A stretch of DNA of 64,000 nt from a phage, in the NCBI GenBank assembly GCA_012646185.1, contig GCA_012646185.1_4706.1. One strand, written 5' to 3'. The translations under genes were made by a program, and so were the position numbers. Below the pieces are notes generated by a model. That model was given only the letters and a program-made list of their open reading frames with translations, did no database searches and was not told the DNA's origin. Below, one piece after another: positions 17,775-28,944 of this stretch (position 1 is the stretch's first letter; every line of letters begins with the position of its first letter).

Positions 17775-20700
17775 ATGGTAGATAAAACCCGTGTTGAGGG
17801 TGATGATAATTGGGACAACTGGGATGAAGACTTCTCCCTGGATCTCGATTTTAACGAACCCAAAGACGATCGTAAACCGATAACACGCTTTGCGATAGGA
17901 GCGGTTAAAGGTGCTGCTGAAGATCTTACTTCCTACGAAAGAATGAGGGAGATCGCCAGAAACGCATTGCCTAAGGGCTACAGCGACGGTATGGATCTTA
18001 TCGATTCCGCCGTCGGATCCACGAAGGAACTATACAATGAAGCCGTTCGTGACGTTCTTCCTAAGGTCCAAAGCTCAAAACGGTTAGCCGCACAACTGAC
18101 CAAGAAATACCGTGCGAGCATGCCCGATTTCTCGAAGAAAATTCTTGAGCAATGGGAGCAAGAAGCCAAGGAAGAAGACGAACGTAAAAAAGCTGAAGAA
18201 ACCCTTCGTCAACGCATGGCGAGCGCAGGGGACGATGAGATCGCCCGCAAGGTTGCCGAGGCATTAGGCGAATCAGCAAACCAAAGCGCGGATCAGTTCG
18301 CTGAACAGCAAGCGAAAGAGAGTATCCGTGACGATATCGCTGACAAACGGTACGCTGTAACCAACAAACAAATGAGTGCGATGCAAGAAGGCGTCGCCAA
18401 GATGGTTGGTTTCAACAATGAATTCGCTGCGCGCTACATGCGTAAAAGCCTGGAACTGAAATATCGTTCCTTAGCGATTCAGCGTGCAAGTTTCGACCAG
18501 CATAAAAAGTTAGCCGAAGTCTATATCGGTTTATTACAAAACATCCAGAAGAATACGGCTTTACCTGATGCGGCTAAAGCGAAGATGTCGGAAGAATTCC
18601 GTCGTAGTGCATACCAACGTTTCTTTGGTAATGCGTTAGATGCGATGGGTTCTTTCGAGAACCGTTTCTTTGCCGATGTTAAGAAGAACCTCGCCACCAA
18701 CGCATTAGGTGCTTTAAAAGGCGTCGTGTCTGGCGCAAACGATGCGTTATACGGTTTAAACGAAGCACGTGACTCGATGTCCATGATGGACGGGATGGGG
18801 TCAGAAGGCGATATTAAGGAAATGCAAGGAAAGATGTTGGGTCAACTTATCGGCTCAACTGTCGTACCATGGATGGCTGATAAAGGCAGGATGGCGTTAC
18901 GCGATTTAGCAAAACGTCACCCCAATGCTAAATTCGCTAGCGCGTTAAAAGCCGTGGATCAAGGTGGTGAGGCTGCCGCTTACACGACGCGTAATCTCGG
19001 TAAACTGCTCCAGGAAGATATTCGTAAAAACGAATTCAATCTTAGCGATCCGTTTTACAAGCAATTGTTACGCGGTGCAGGGCGTTGGGCTTTCAACATG
19101 GATAGCGGACGTAACTTCCGCGTGATGAACGACACCGCTGAAACACTGGCGGAGCAAACGTCTTTCGACGGTTTAACCTACCGCAGCATCAACGAAGTTA
19201 TTCCAGGCTTTCTTGCACGCATTCTGAAAAGCAGTGAAGGTATCCGCACCGGAAACAGCGATCCTGATTACGAGGTCTATGACGGCATCAGCGGGCAATT
19301 CGTGTCTCAGCGCACGCGTGAACAAAGCGTCAATGACACGCTGTTTAACAAACGTACATTTGGTTATTACGCCAGCCGTTTCAACGAGGTTATCTCGGTC
19401 ATCGATCCCGATAAACAATTATCGGAAAAAGCCAGGAAGGCACTGGCTAAACAGTTGGCACGAGATAGCGACGCGAACATCGCATTCGACCCGGCTCGTT
19501 TTACGGATGAAAGCAACTTCGATCGTAGCATTGACCGTGACGCTATTAAGGAACTTTCCACGTACTTTCGTGACCGTTACGGTATTCGTGATGATGTCAA
19601 CGATAAGGGCGAACGTCATCAGGTCATTGGAAACCGCGGGCAATATTACACGGAACGTAACCGAGCCGACCTTCGCTACGGTAATTTGAAATCGTTACAA
19701 CCGGATATCCAGCGTAACCTTAACCTACTGAAACGTACTGGTGACGTCCAATATCTGGAACGTATTGGTATTGTAACGAGAAATAGCGACGGAAGTTACT
19801 CGGTTAATCACGATAGGTATTTCTCTGAAATCGATCGGTACATCGACCGACCGGAGTACGCTGAACGTAGTGATGTTAATACGCGATTAACCGCTCAGGA
19901 AACAAGAGCGCTGGCGTTGGGTTATCGTGACGCAAAACCATCAGTTGATGACGTCCAAAATGCGGGTCTGCCGAACATCGATCGTAAGGCTGTTGGAACA
20001 GTAACCGTTGATGAAAACATCGGCTACGATAAATGGTGGAACGACACAGGTGTTATCACCACATCGCTTGAAGAACAGAATCGAGCATGGCAAGAGCTTT
20101 ATCTCGAAGCGTTATCTGAAGCATCCGAACAACGTGTTGAGATGCTTGCGTTGCTGAAAGCCATTTCTGAGAAAGACTGGTCTAATAACGTTTCGCTGGA
20201 TGGTGAAGACGTGCCTGAAGGCGCAGCACCTATTTCATTTATTGATCGTGCCAAACAAAAACTTGGCGGACGCAACCTCTTTAAAGGTGGCCGTAATCTC
20301 CTCTGGAAAGGAATTAAAAATACCGCACGTTTAGGTGTTAAAGGCGCGCGCTGGGGTGCAGAACGCACGTTGGGTAGTTTGGTAAATTCCGGCCGACGCA
20401 TTATCAACTTCAACCGCTTCGTGTTCGGTGCGTTATCCAAGGTCGATCAGGTTCCGTTTGACATTTACGTTAAAGGGGAATCCCAACCACGCATACTGGC
20501 TGCCAAACTTCGTCAGGGGTTATACTTCGACGAGGCGACAGGAAAAGCCGTCAAACGGATGAAGGATATCAAAGGCCCACTCGTTGATGCAGATGGAAAC
20601 ATCGTAATCAGCAACGAGGATATCGAGAAAGGGTTGGTCACTCGCGCCGGTCGTGCCTTTGAGAATTCAGGACTTAAAGCATGGGCGCGTGAAGGTCTTA

Positions 20701-23700
20701 ATGGAATCACGACGGTATTAAGTCTCCCACGGATGTTAAAACGCGGTGCGGTCGAGATCTACAAGCAGCTTGACAAAACACCCGACGTTTACGTCAAGGG
20801 AGAATCAACGCCTCGTCTGTTGTCCATGGTGTTAGCAGCGGGTGGGTATTTCCGTCGCTCGGATGGACAAGTCATCAAAAATCTTGAAGACATCGATGGT
20901 GATGTTGTTGATGCACAAGGTAACGTCGTACTTACGCTTGCCGACATGCAGAAAGGACTTGTCGATAAATACGGTAAAGCGATTCGTCGCTTAAAAGAAA
21001 AGCTCATCAACTTCGGTGTGAAAGCTTTCACGTTACCGTTAACGCTGCTACGTAAGACAAAGGACATCCTTAAAGCCCTTCCAGGTAAAACCGTTAACGG
21101 TCTACGACGGATGGGATTAAATGTCCAATCACCCGACGCATTACTGGTGGGAACAACGTCGAGCATGGTAGATCGGCTCGATGCGATTTACCAGCTTCTT
21201 GACCAGCGTATGCCGGGTGGTGATAAGGATTATCGCGATTGGAATGGGGATGGCGTTCGAGAAGGATCGTTGGAAGACCTGAAACGTAAGCGTGAAGCCA
21301 AGGAAAACGGTAAGGATGACACCGGCAAAGATTCCAATAAAGGAGAAGAAAAGGAGAAGAAACGAGGATTACTCGGAAGCCTTTTCGATATGCTTGGCGA
21401 TACCGCATTAGGTAAACGACTCATGGCGAGTCCGCTTGGAAAAATTCTAGGCGGTCTTGGGGCGGTGTTAAGCGGCGGAGCATCGTTAACCGGATTGTTG
21501 GGCAAGGGTCTCATTAGTGGAACCGGCGCGCTAGTCAAGGGAGGACTAAGTGCGGCAGGATGGTTAGGACGTGGTGCGTTAATGGCGGGTGGGGCTGCAT
21601 TGAACGCCGTTGGTGGGTTATCGGGATTAGGTGCATTCCTCATCTCACCTGTTGGGCTTGCTATCGCTGGCGGTGCATTGGCTGCTTATGCTGGATGGAA
21701 GATCTATCAGCATTTCGCCGAGAAGCCTGACCCGATGCAGAAGCTCCGTCTTATTGCATACGGTGCAAAAGGGGACGATAAAGACTTCAATAAGAAGCTG
21801 CTTGCGACAGAAACATACCTCACCGACCATGTGGTTATGACCGGGGATACCATCGGATTCGATCCGAAAGCCGACTCGGAAAAGATTCTCGAAATCTGGG
21901 AATTGTCCCTGGAAGATTCCGACCGAATGAACGAATGGAAACGCTGGTATCTGCATCGTTTTATTCCTGTTTTCGCTCGTGCGTACAAACTCTGGAAAGA
22001 GCATATGCCGGACGAGAAGAAATACATGGAAATGGATAAATATCCGAACGGTGAGAACAAAGTGAAATGGTCGGAAGCGTTTATCTGGCCTTCCGATAGT
22101 CCTGACGGTCCGTATTACGTCGAAGCTAACCCGTTGGGTTCTTCTGGTGCGACGCGTTATATTGCTGGTCAAGACGTCAAAACCTTGATGCTGAAACAAC
22201 TCGAAGCCATCAAGAAAGAGTACCAGAATCAGATCAAACAATACTCTCATGATGAGGCTATTGCTGATTGGTCACGGATGTCTGACACACAGCGTAAATC
22301 CGTTGCGCCTAACGCATTACGTGGTCAGAAAGCGTCGTTACGTTTTAACGATAAACGTTACAACAGCGCTGGTGCTAAAGGACGACAGAAACTGGATGCA
22401 ACCGCGGTTATTGAAAGCGTAGACCGCCGTGGTAGAAAATGGGTTGCCGGTGGATACATCGATGAACTCACCAGTCTCCGTGTTCGCGCGTACGGTATCA
22501 AGGTTCCGTTGTTAAGCCAGATAAAAGTGCTGATGGAACTTGAAGACGCTGTAGAACCTGGCGTTGTCGCTGAAGGTAAAGGTGTTAAATACGGTGGCGA
22601 TCTTGTCGCGCTCTACAAGAAATTCGCGACGAAGTTCGGAAGAGACGTTAACAGCAAGCATGATCAGGATATCTGGTTTGCTTGGATGAACAACCGTTTC
22701 CTGCCCGTCTTTTTAACCTATTACCAACAAGTTAGCGAAATGGGCGGTCAAGGACTTCTGTCCGACGTGGTACAGAACCTGAAAGACAGCCAACGCTGGG
22801 AAATCGGTGAAGCACTTGTCGCAACACAATACCGTGATGAGAAAGGTACACTGCAGCCTGTATGGTCCTGGAATAGTTGTGGTTTCTCCGGTACTGAAGC
22901 TAACACCACCAGCAGTTCAACAAAGAGCCAACTCGATCTGTTAAAAGAATATGCGGATAAAGAGAAGGTTCGTGAGAAGAACGCGGAAGCATCGCAAGAG
23001 GATACCGATAAATTATCGAAGATCCAAGAGCTGATGATGAAGCAGGCTGGGTACGAGAAGAAGGACGGTGTCTGGCAGAAGAAATCTCGCATTACCGGCG
23101 GGATGAGTAACTCCGAAGCGAATTACAACCCCAATAGGAATAAGGTCGGTGAAAGCAGCTTTACGGCTTCGGCTACTTCCAATGCGGGATTGGGATCAAC
23201 CGGCGATCTTACTGGATTGCCTAACATGGGCTTACAGAAACCGGCAATGGGACCAGGTCCTGAAGCTGGACGTCGTGCGCTTGTTAAATCCGCTGTAAAA
23301 CGCGGCATTACCGATCCAATGGAAATGGCGATGTTCCTTGCGAACATCGAACATGAATCGGGGAACTACACTCACGTACGTGAGGGGAACTACAAGACGC
23401 CAGAGCGTCTTAAACAGGTCTTCCCTTACAAATTCCGTGATGTGCAGGATGCCGCACAGACGATCAGCATGGGGCCGGAAGCGGTATTCGAACGTGTGTA
23501 TGGTAATCGTAAAGATCTCGGAAACACACAGAAAGGAGACGGGGCGAAGTATTTAGGACGCGGCTTCATTCAGGTTACCGGTAAAGCTAACTACGCTCGT
23601 CTGTCTAAGACCTTGAATAAGGATCTTGTCAGCGATCCGACCTACCTGGAAACGCCGGAAGGTGCGGCGGAAGGTAGTGTTGCATGGTGGCTCAACCGAG

Positions 23701-24440
23701 GTAACGTATTACGCGATCCCGCAAAACGGGGTGACGTACGCCAAGTTCGTTATCTGGTTAACGGTGGGTTTAACGGATTACGTGATGTTGAACAACGTTC
23801 AGCTTATTGGATTCAGGCGGCTAAGAATGGCACCCTGAAGAAAATGATGGACGAGTTATCAGGGTCAACATCAGACGATCAAGCTGAAGGACCAACCACT
23901 GCCGAACAGGTGAAGAACGAAGCAGCACAAGAGGCAAACGGAACACCTGCTGTAAGCAACGATCCGCAAGCCCCAGCATCTTCTACTACCCCTGAAGCTA
24001 AACCGTCTGCGGCTGCCGGGACGGCCCCAGCACCTGGAGAAGCATCACCAACGCCCGGAAGTTTCGAAACAGCAAAAGCCGCGGCAGGACAACCGACATC
24101 AACTCCAGCACCTAGCGATTTGCCGTCAAACCCGGGTGCAAATCGAGGGATATCGGTTCCGAATACACCTGCACAGGTTGCGCAGTCTGCGACACAAACG
24201 TCGGCTGCAAGTGAGAACTTCTACGGTAGCGCAGGTGAAATTCTCCGACAGCAGCTGACCACGCAGCAGAACATCGAGAAGAACACCGGTAGAACGAATG
24301 AACTTATTTCGGAATTAATCCAAGCCGTTAAGGGTTCTTCTATCGGTAAGGGTTCTGCAAGTCCTTCTCAACAACAGGCGATGTCGCTACCTAATCGTCC
24401 GCAAGGAATCTCTCCAACACGGACAAGGTACGCACAGTAG
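17775..24440 (+). CDS. giant virion protein (~2221 aa) with embedded lysozyme-like peptidoglycan hydrolase domain
   Basis: Start ATG at 17775 with GGAGG RBS (track start 17682 is GTG). Glycine-rich hydrophobic segment; GH19-like motifs FLANIEHESG and YLGRGFIQVTGKANY; Pro/Ala/Ser/Thr-rich C-terminus. Confidence 0.7.
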   Translation: MVDKTRVEGDDNWDNWDEDFSLDLDFNEPKDDRKPITRFAIGAVKGAAEDLTSYERMREIARNALPKGYSDGMDLIDSAVGSTKELYNEAVRDVLPKVQSSKRLAAQLTKKYRASMPDFSKKILEQWEQEAKEEDERKKAEETLRQRMASAGDDEIARKVAEALGESANQSADQFAEQQAKESIRDDIADKRYAVTNKQMSAMQEGVAKMVGFNNEFAARYMRKSLELKYRSLAIQRASFDQHKKLAEVYIGLLQNIQKNTALPDAAKAKMSEEFRRSAYQRFFGNALDAMGSFENRFFADVKKNLATNALGALKGVVSGANDALYGLNEARDSMSMMDGMGSEGDIKEMQGKMLGQLIGSTVVPWMADKGRMALRDLAKRHPNAKFASALKAVDQGGEAAAYTTRNLGKLLQEDIRKNEFNLSDPFYKQLLRGAGRWAFNMDSGRNFRVMNDTAETLAEQTSFDGLTYRSINEVIPGFLARILKSSEGIRTGNSDPDYEVYDGISGQFVSQRTREQSVNDTLFNKRTFGYYASRFNEVISVIDPDKQLSEKARKALAKQLARDSDANIAFDPARFTDESNFDRSIDRDAIKELSTYFRDRYGIRDDVNDKGERHQVIGNRGQYYTERNRADLRYGNLKSLQPDIQRNLNLLKRTGDVQYLERIGIVTRNSDGSYSVNHDRYFSEIDRYIDRPEYAERSDVNTRLTAQETRALALGYRDAKPSVDDVQNAGLPNIDRKAVGTVTVDENIGYDKWWNDTGVITTSLEEQNRAWQELYLEALSEASEQRVEMLALLKAISEKDWSNNVSLDGEDVPEGAAPISFIDRAKQKLGGRNLFKGGRNLLWKGIKNTARLGVKGARWGAERTLGSLVNSGRRIINFNRFVFGALSKVDQVPFDIYVKGESQPRILAAKLRQGLYFDEATGKAVKRMKDIKGPLVDADGNIVISNEDIEKGLVTRAGRAFENSGLKAWAREGLNGITTVLSLPRMLKRGAVEIYKQLDKTPDVYVKGESTPRLLSMVLAAGGYFRRSDGQVIKNLEDIDGDVVDAQGNVVLTLADMQKGLVDKYGKAIRRLKEKLINFGVKAFTLPLTLLRKTKDILKALPGKTVNGLRRMGLNVQSPDALLVGTTSSMVDRLDAIYQLLDQRMPGGDKDYRDWNGDGVREGSLEDLKRKREAKENGKDDTGKDSNKGEEKEKKRGLLGSLFDMLGDTALGKRLMASPLGKILGGLGAVLSGGASLTGLLGKGLISGTGALVKGGLSAAGWLGRGALMAGGAALNAVGGLSGLGAFLISPVGLAIAGGALAAYAGWKIYQHFAEKPDPMQKLRLIAYGAKGDDKDFNKKLLATETYLTDHVVMTGDTIGFDPKADSEKILEIWELSLEDSDRMNEWKRWYLHRFIPVFARAYKLWKEHMPDEKKYMEMDKYPNGENKVKWSEAFIWPSDSPDGPYYVEANPLGSSGATRYIAGQDVKTLMLKQLEAIKKEYQNQIKQYSHDEAIADWSRMSDTQRKSVAPNALRGQKASLRFNDKRYNSAGAKGRQKLDATAVIESVDRRGRKWVAGGYIDELTSLRVRAYGIKVPLLSQIKVLMELEDAVEPGVVAEGKGVKYGGDLVALYKKFATKFGRDVNSKHDQDIWFAWMNNRFLPVFLTYYQQVSEMGGQGLLSDVVQNLKDSQRWEIGEALVATQYRDEKGTLQPVWSWNSCGFSGTEANTTSSSTKSQLDLLKEYADKEKVREKNAEASQEDTDKLSKIQELMMKQAGYEKKDGVWQKKSRITGGMSNSEANYNPNRNKVGESSFTASATSNAGLGSTGDLTGLPNMGLQKPAMGPGPEAGRRALVKSAVKRGITDPMEMAMFLANIEHESGNYTHVREGNYKTPERLKQVFPYKFRDVQDAAQTISMGPEAVFERVYGNRKDLGNTQKGDGAKYLGRGFIQVTGKANYARLSKTLNKDLVSDPTYLETPEGAAEGSVAWWLNRGNVLRDPAKRGDVRQVRYLVNGGFNGLRDVEQRSAYWIQAAKNGTLKKMMDELSGSTSDDQAEGPTTAEQVKNEAAQEANGTPAVSNDPQAPASSTTPEAKPSAAAGTAPAPGEASPTPGSFETAKAAAGQPTSTPAPSDLPSNPGANRGISVPNTPAQVAQSATQTSAASENFYGSAGEILRQQLTTQQNIEKNTGRTNELISELIQAVKGSSIGKGSASPSQQQAMSLPNRPQGISPTRTRYAQ

Positions 24441-24452
24441 TCATTAGTTAAG

Positions 24453-24470
24453 GGCGGGAGATTCCCGCCC
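24453..24470 (+). terminator. intrinsic terminator hairpin
   Basis: gggcggga gatt cccgccc followed by tcttcttg, 13 nt after the stop of the giant gene. Confidence 0.5.
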
Positions 24471-24489
24471 TCTTCTTGAGGAATGTTAC

Positions 24490-26634
24490 ATGGGTATTCT
24501 TGTTCAAAACGCCCTAATCACCAAACAGGCATTTTTATTACCGGGCGATAGCAGCACGCTGAGTGCCGACATGATTAAAGCGAGACATACACCGTATTCC
24601 TACGATAACGTCGATGATACCACCTTAGGTGGGAACTGGGTGCTTAACCCGCCGCCGCAATATACAAAATTTGCCGACATCAAAGAACGCCGACGTGCGG
24701 TTATGCCGGGATCAACGGGTATGGGTCGAGGCTATAGTGAAAGCATTAACAGCTTTAAAGAAGTCGTTACGTTACGATTCGGTAAACCTCGCTTTACAGG
24801 CGCAAGTATCTTCTTTACTGATTTCTACGATGCGGATGTTGCCGTAACGGTTAAAACCGGTCGCGATCCCGGTATTCTTTATTACGCGGCCAAAGCGTAT
24901 ACCACCGTTCTTTCTTACCTCACACCGCTACCTTACTTGTATATGGTTGGACGTATCGGTCGATATTTCCTGGGTAAGCCAACCAGTCAATATTACTATC
25001 AAGTACCAACCATGCATGTGTATTGGGCGTCTTTCCAGACGTTGGTAAACCAAACAGCGATAAACATGGGTCTTATCGCCGGTGCCGGTAAAGATAAAGG
25101 CTACGTGGAAGAAGGAGGTACCGTACTCCACCAATATTCAATCGGTGGTCAGAACGTTGAAGAATTCATCAACTACGCCTCTAAGACGCTACCGGGGATT
25201 TATAAGAAAGGTGGTGGGATCGATATCTACCAGATTGCAACACGTCGTCAGCGCATACAGAACGCATGGGTACGTCGTATTCAATCCATGATGGAAAACG
25301 ATTACTCGTCTTACGAGGAGTTCTGGAACGATCTTGATAAACGACTTGATAGTGGAGCATTTCCATCGGATGTAACCGGTCGTACGTTAACGCAGTATCT
25401 CGCCGATGTGCAGAAATCTAAAGTTTATAGCGTCGAAAACAAAGGCGATAATAAACAAACAATGGACGACCTTTTATTCGGAAGGGCCACATACACCAAC
25501 AAGGATGCTGATGCCAACTTCAATGTCTCAGCGGCTACCTCCGACGGTGGTACGTCAACACAGAGTCAGGGCACAACAGCCAATGTCGGTAATTCGACGT
25601 CAGGGACAACGCAGGCTTCAACAGCAGCATCGACGGCTGGAGGAGCGAACGTACAGAGCAAAGGAATCGGTCAAACAAATGCGGCCGAGGAAGCTAAGTT
25701 TCTTGATCTGATGGATGCTGAACTGGCCGATGGCGCTCAGTTTATCAGTTTTCGAGTCGACTCTGTCACCAGTGTAACCGAAACGTTTTCAAACAGTGCT
25801 TCAGAAAGTTCAATCGCGCAGACGATGAACAGTCGTGCGCAAGCGAACATCGAACGTCGTTTCACCCTTTCCGGTGGTAATACAGGTTGGGCTATATTGG
25901 ACGAAGCCATCAAAGCCGGTTCCGATCTCGTTAATGGTGCTATTTCCGGGATGGGCCTGGATGGTATTTTTGGTGCCTTCATGGGTTCCGGCTTCGCTGA
26001 CATTCCGAAATTCTATTCCGGATCATCGGTAAGTCTTCCACGCGCAGATCTAACGATGGAATTGCGTTCTTGGAGTGGGGACCGCTGGTCGATCTTTACG
26101 AACCTCATGGTACCTCTTTTAGCGATCCTTGCAGGTGGTTTACCTCAGGCTACCGGTAAATCGTCCTACGGGATGCCATTCATGTGTGAGTGTTATATTC
26201 CCGGTAAAGTTCAGATTAAAATGGGCCTTATCGACAACATCACTGTGACGCGTCATGTTGGAAACGTACCATCGACACGCGAGCGATTACCGTTGGGTAT
26301 CGACGTCAGCTTCAGCGTTTATGACCTGTCGTCCATCGTCGCCATGCCGATCACAACGACGGCCGCATCGATCGCAAAACTGGATCCTCGCGGCTTCTTA
26401 AGTGATCTTCTTGCTGACGATACGCCGCTCAACAACTATCTTGCTGTATTATCGGCATTGACACTTACGGAACAAGTTTACATGATTCCGGATTTAAGTC
26501 GTCGCATGCATAAAACCATGGCTGATATCGATAGTTTCTGGAGCAAAGGTAATTTTGCTAGCTGGTTGTCTGACACCATGCCTGGCAGGATAGCATCAGG
26601 GCTGTTATGGAAACGTACAGAACGACCGTTCTGA
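24490..26634 (+). CDS. hypothetical protein, probably structural
   Basis: 714-aa ORF, ATG with GAGGA RBS, directly downstream of the giant virion protein. Confidence 0.6.
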   Translation: MGILVQNALITKQAFLLPGDSSTLSADMIKARHTPYSYDNVDDTTLGGNWVLNPPPQYTKFADIKERRRAVMPGSTGMGRGYSESINSFKEVVTLRFGKPRFTGASIFFTDFYDADVAVTVKTGRDPGILYYAAKAYTTVLSYLTPLPYLYMVGRIGRYFLGKPTSQYYYQVPTMHVYWASFQTLVNQTAINMGLIAGAGKDKGYVEEGGTVLHQYSIGGQNVEEFINYASKTLPGIYKKGGGIDIYQIATRRQRIQNAWVRRIQSMMENDYSSYEEFWNDLDKRLDSGAFPSDVTGRTLTQYLADVQKSKVYSVENKGDNKQTMDDLLFGRATYTNKDADANFNVSAATSDGGTSTQSQGTTANVGNSTSGTTQASTAASTAGGANVQSKGIGQTNAAEEAKFLDLMDAELADGAQFISFRVDSVTSVTETFSNSASESSIAQTMNSRAQANIERRFTLSGGNTGWAILDEAIKAGSDLVNGAISGMGLDGIFGAFMGSGFADIPKFYSGSSVSLPRADLTMELRSWSGDRWSIFTNLMVPLLAILAGGLPQATGKSSYGMPFMCECYIPGKVQIKMGLIDNITVTRHVGNVPSTRERLPLGIDVSFSVYDLSSIVAMPITTTAASIAKLDPRGFLSDLLADDTPLNNYLAVLSALTLTEQVYMIPDLSRRMHKTMADIDSFWSKGNFASWLSDTMPGRIASGLLWKRTERPF

Positions 26635-26650
26635 TATTCACTGCATAAAC

Positions 26651-26682
26651 CCCTCTCCCTTCCCTTACGGGTTGGGAGAGGG
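26651..26682. terminator. bidirectional terminator hairpin, family 2 (UUAC loop)
   Basis: ccctctcccttccc ttac gggttgggagaggg, 14-bp stem with two central T-T mismatches; between convergent genes. Confidence 0.55.
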
Positions 26683-26688
26683 ATTATG

Positions 26689-27756
26689 TTAACCTAATGA
26701 CACCGTCGGTAAATCAGGATAAAGTTTCTTCAAACCCGCCATCGTGGTGGTAGTTGTATAATTCTTACCCATCGCAGCAAGAGATGCGTATTTCCTACTG
26801 CGGGAGAAAAGAGAATAGAACCCACTGGATGTTTCCATCCACATCGTGAGGAGTTCCGCATCATTACCGTGGTAGTTCGTTTTACCCCATCCAGGTTTAA
26901 ACGCATCGGCAAAATCAATTAAACGCGAGGCTTCAGCGTCGTATTCTTTAAGGGTAATGTACGATGGAATGCGGTAGTTACGAAACAGTAACGTAATGAG
27001 TTCAGGGACAACGCTACGGGCACGTTCGGCAGTAATGAGTTCGGTGATCACAGCAGCCGTACGGAAATCGCCGTTGAGGCCAACGCTGCTTAACGATTCC
27101 GCTAAAGTGGTCGCCATCGCCACTTTATCCTCCGCTGACCCAGAGTCATACAGACTACGCACATCGATGTAGTTGCCTGCTAATGCAGCTTGACGAATCA
27201 ACGACGTGACAACCGTCCGGTTCGTCTTATAGTCGTTGTAACTGAATTCGGTTCGCGTTTTCCCTTGATCGTCGAGATACCGATCGACAATCGTTGAAAG
27301 TTTATAATACTCATCGCCCGACATCAGACTATCGAGAAGCTTAACGTTTCCATCTTTATCAATAAGCTTCCCTAACGCGCCATTGGATTGCTGGTTAATG
27401 GTACTGTAAATCTGGTCTTTTACTTGCGATAGGATGTTATCGGTTGACGATATATTCAGGCCAGTAACATCTTTGATCTTATTCATCAACGCGTTTTCAT
27501 TCAGGGAGATTTTGCCTCCGCTGATATCGATGAAAGAATTAAGATCGCTTATGGAAATCAGGTTTCCTGTTAACGCCGATAATGTACTATTGATACTGTT
27601 CGTAATACTGCTACGAAAACTGGTTAACGCATCAGCCGCTGAAACAGCGGTACCGCTAACCGCTTTAAGGAGCGTATCACGCCCTGTCGAAAAATCGCTG
27701 GTAATGGTTTTGATCTTGGACGTATCTATACTCGGCAGTTTGTCGTAAAGACTCAT
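26689..27756 (-). CDS. hypothetical Ser/Thr-rich protein
   Basis: Start reassigned to ATG at 27756 with AGGAGGA RBS (MSLYDK...). Confidence 0.55.
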   Translation of the reverse strand: MSLYDKLPSIDTSKIKTITSDFSTGRDTLLKAVSGTAVSAADALTSFRSSITNSINSTLSALTGNLISISDLNSFIDISGGKISLNENALMNKIKDVTGLNISSTDNILSQVKDQIYSTINQQSNGALGKLIDKDGNVKLLDSLMSGDEYYKLSTIVDRYLDDQGKTRTEFSYNDYKTNRTVVTSLIRQAALAGNYIDVRSLYDSGSAEDKVAMATTLAESLSSVGLNGDFRTAAVITELITAERARSVVPELITLLFRNYRIPSYITLKEYDAEASRLIDFADAFKPGWGKTNYHGNDAELLTMWMETSSGFYSLFSRSRKYASLAAMGKNYTTTTTMAGLKKLYPDLPTVSLG

Positions 27757-27794
27757 CACGTCCTCCTGAAAAAGAAAAAAGAAATACGGCATAA

Positions 27795-27822
27795 AGCCTA
27801 CCCACACAATGGTGGGTAGGCT
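27795..27822 (-). terminator. hairpin, candidate terminator
   Basis: agcctacccac/gtgggtaggct stem with U-rich tract on the minus strand. Confidence 0.45.
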
Positions 27823-27838
27823 AAGATCAACATCGATG

Positions 27839-28351
27839 TTAAACTTCTTCGTTTTCCGAACCTAACGATTCAGCATCTGGATCATCAACGGGAATGGTTG
27901 CGTCAAAATACCGCTTCGTATGCGTGGTTGTATAACCTACGCTATCTGTGATGGAAATCGTAAACGTGACTTCCCTTGCACGGATTAAGCGTAGTTTATT
28001 CATGAAGTTACGGAACGGCATCGATCCCCGATTCAACTCCTTAATGACGTTTCCTCGAATACTGGAAATGTCTTTATTCGTTTTATCAGGGTGTCGTTTC
28101 TTCACATCACGCATATGTCGGGTAATATACGAATTGAGCTGATTTGCGCCGATCCCTCTCTCCGTATAAATCTGCAACAGGAACTCCGTAAGGAAATCCT
28201 GTCTACCCGTAGGCGTCCAGAAATTGTTACCGTGATGGTAGTTAGTCGCTCGTCCTCGATTGCTTTGAGGATTTTCATCATCGCTCTCATCACGACGCTT
28301 AAGCGGATTAATGCGTGCGCGGAAAGAGACTTCATTATATTTATTTGTCAT
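27839..28351 (-). CDS. hypothetical protein
   Basis: Start reassigned to ATG at 28351, which forms an ATGA overlap with the upstream stop. Confidence 0.55.
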   Translation of the reverse strand: MTNKYNEVSFRARINPLKRRDESDDENPQSNRGRATNYHHGNNFWTPTGRQDFLTEFLLQIYTERGIGANQLNSYITRHMRDVKKRHPDKTNKDISSIRGNVIKELNRGSMPFRNFMNKLRLIRAREVTFTISITDSVGYTTTHTKRYFDATIPVDDPDAESLGSENEEV

Positions 28352-28863
28352 AATACACCAGTGTACTGACTGAGTGCGAAGGTTAGGAGTTCGCAACAGT
28401 CTCTCGCTAGTTTCCTTGTTTTGCGTAATCCATAAGCCGCATCCAAATCGTCACGTTCCGCCAGCGCGTCTAACCACGTCGCAAGTATGCGTCCATACTC
28501 GATAACGTCACGCATGAGAACGTCGAACTGGATAACACGACCATCGGCATCAGCAAGCCAACGATTGAATGTGATTTGTGGTGCTAGTATTGCATATGTT
28601 CTCTCCTCTAATGCGATTATGTTTATGTTGCCTTCGTTATCGAACGCTTGATGCCAACGGCGAAGGTCAAGCATCAACGACTCAGCGTCCATATACCACA
28701 ACGGTAAATACGTTTTACGTGCAACGCGTATATCGTAGATGTTGTGAACCCAGGACGTTGTTTTGTAAAGCAACAAGAGTTCGTTTAACCGTTGCCTATC
28801 ATCTTGAAACGTCTTCCTTTTATAACGTTGGAACGCACGCCTCAAGAAAAAGCGATGTAACAT
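28348..28863 (-). CDS. hypothetical protein
   Basis: 171-aa ORF, first gene downstream of the promoter motif at 28955. Confidence 0.55.
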   Translation of the reverse strand: MLHRFFLRRAFQRYKRKTFQDDRQRLNELLLLYKTTSWVHNIYDIRVARKTYLPLWYMDAESLMLDLRRWHQAFDNEGNINIIALEERTYAILAPQITFNRWLADADGRVIQFDVLMRDVIEYGRILATWLDALAERDDLDAAYGLRKTRKLARDCCELLTFALSQYTGVL

Positions 28864-28944
28864 GGCATCACCTATGTATCATTCTTGCAGGCATCAATGA
28901 AGCCATCACAAGAAGGTAACGTTATACGTCGCCTTCATGACAGT

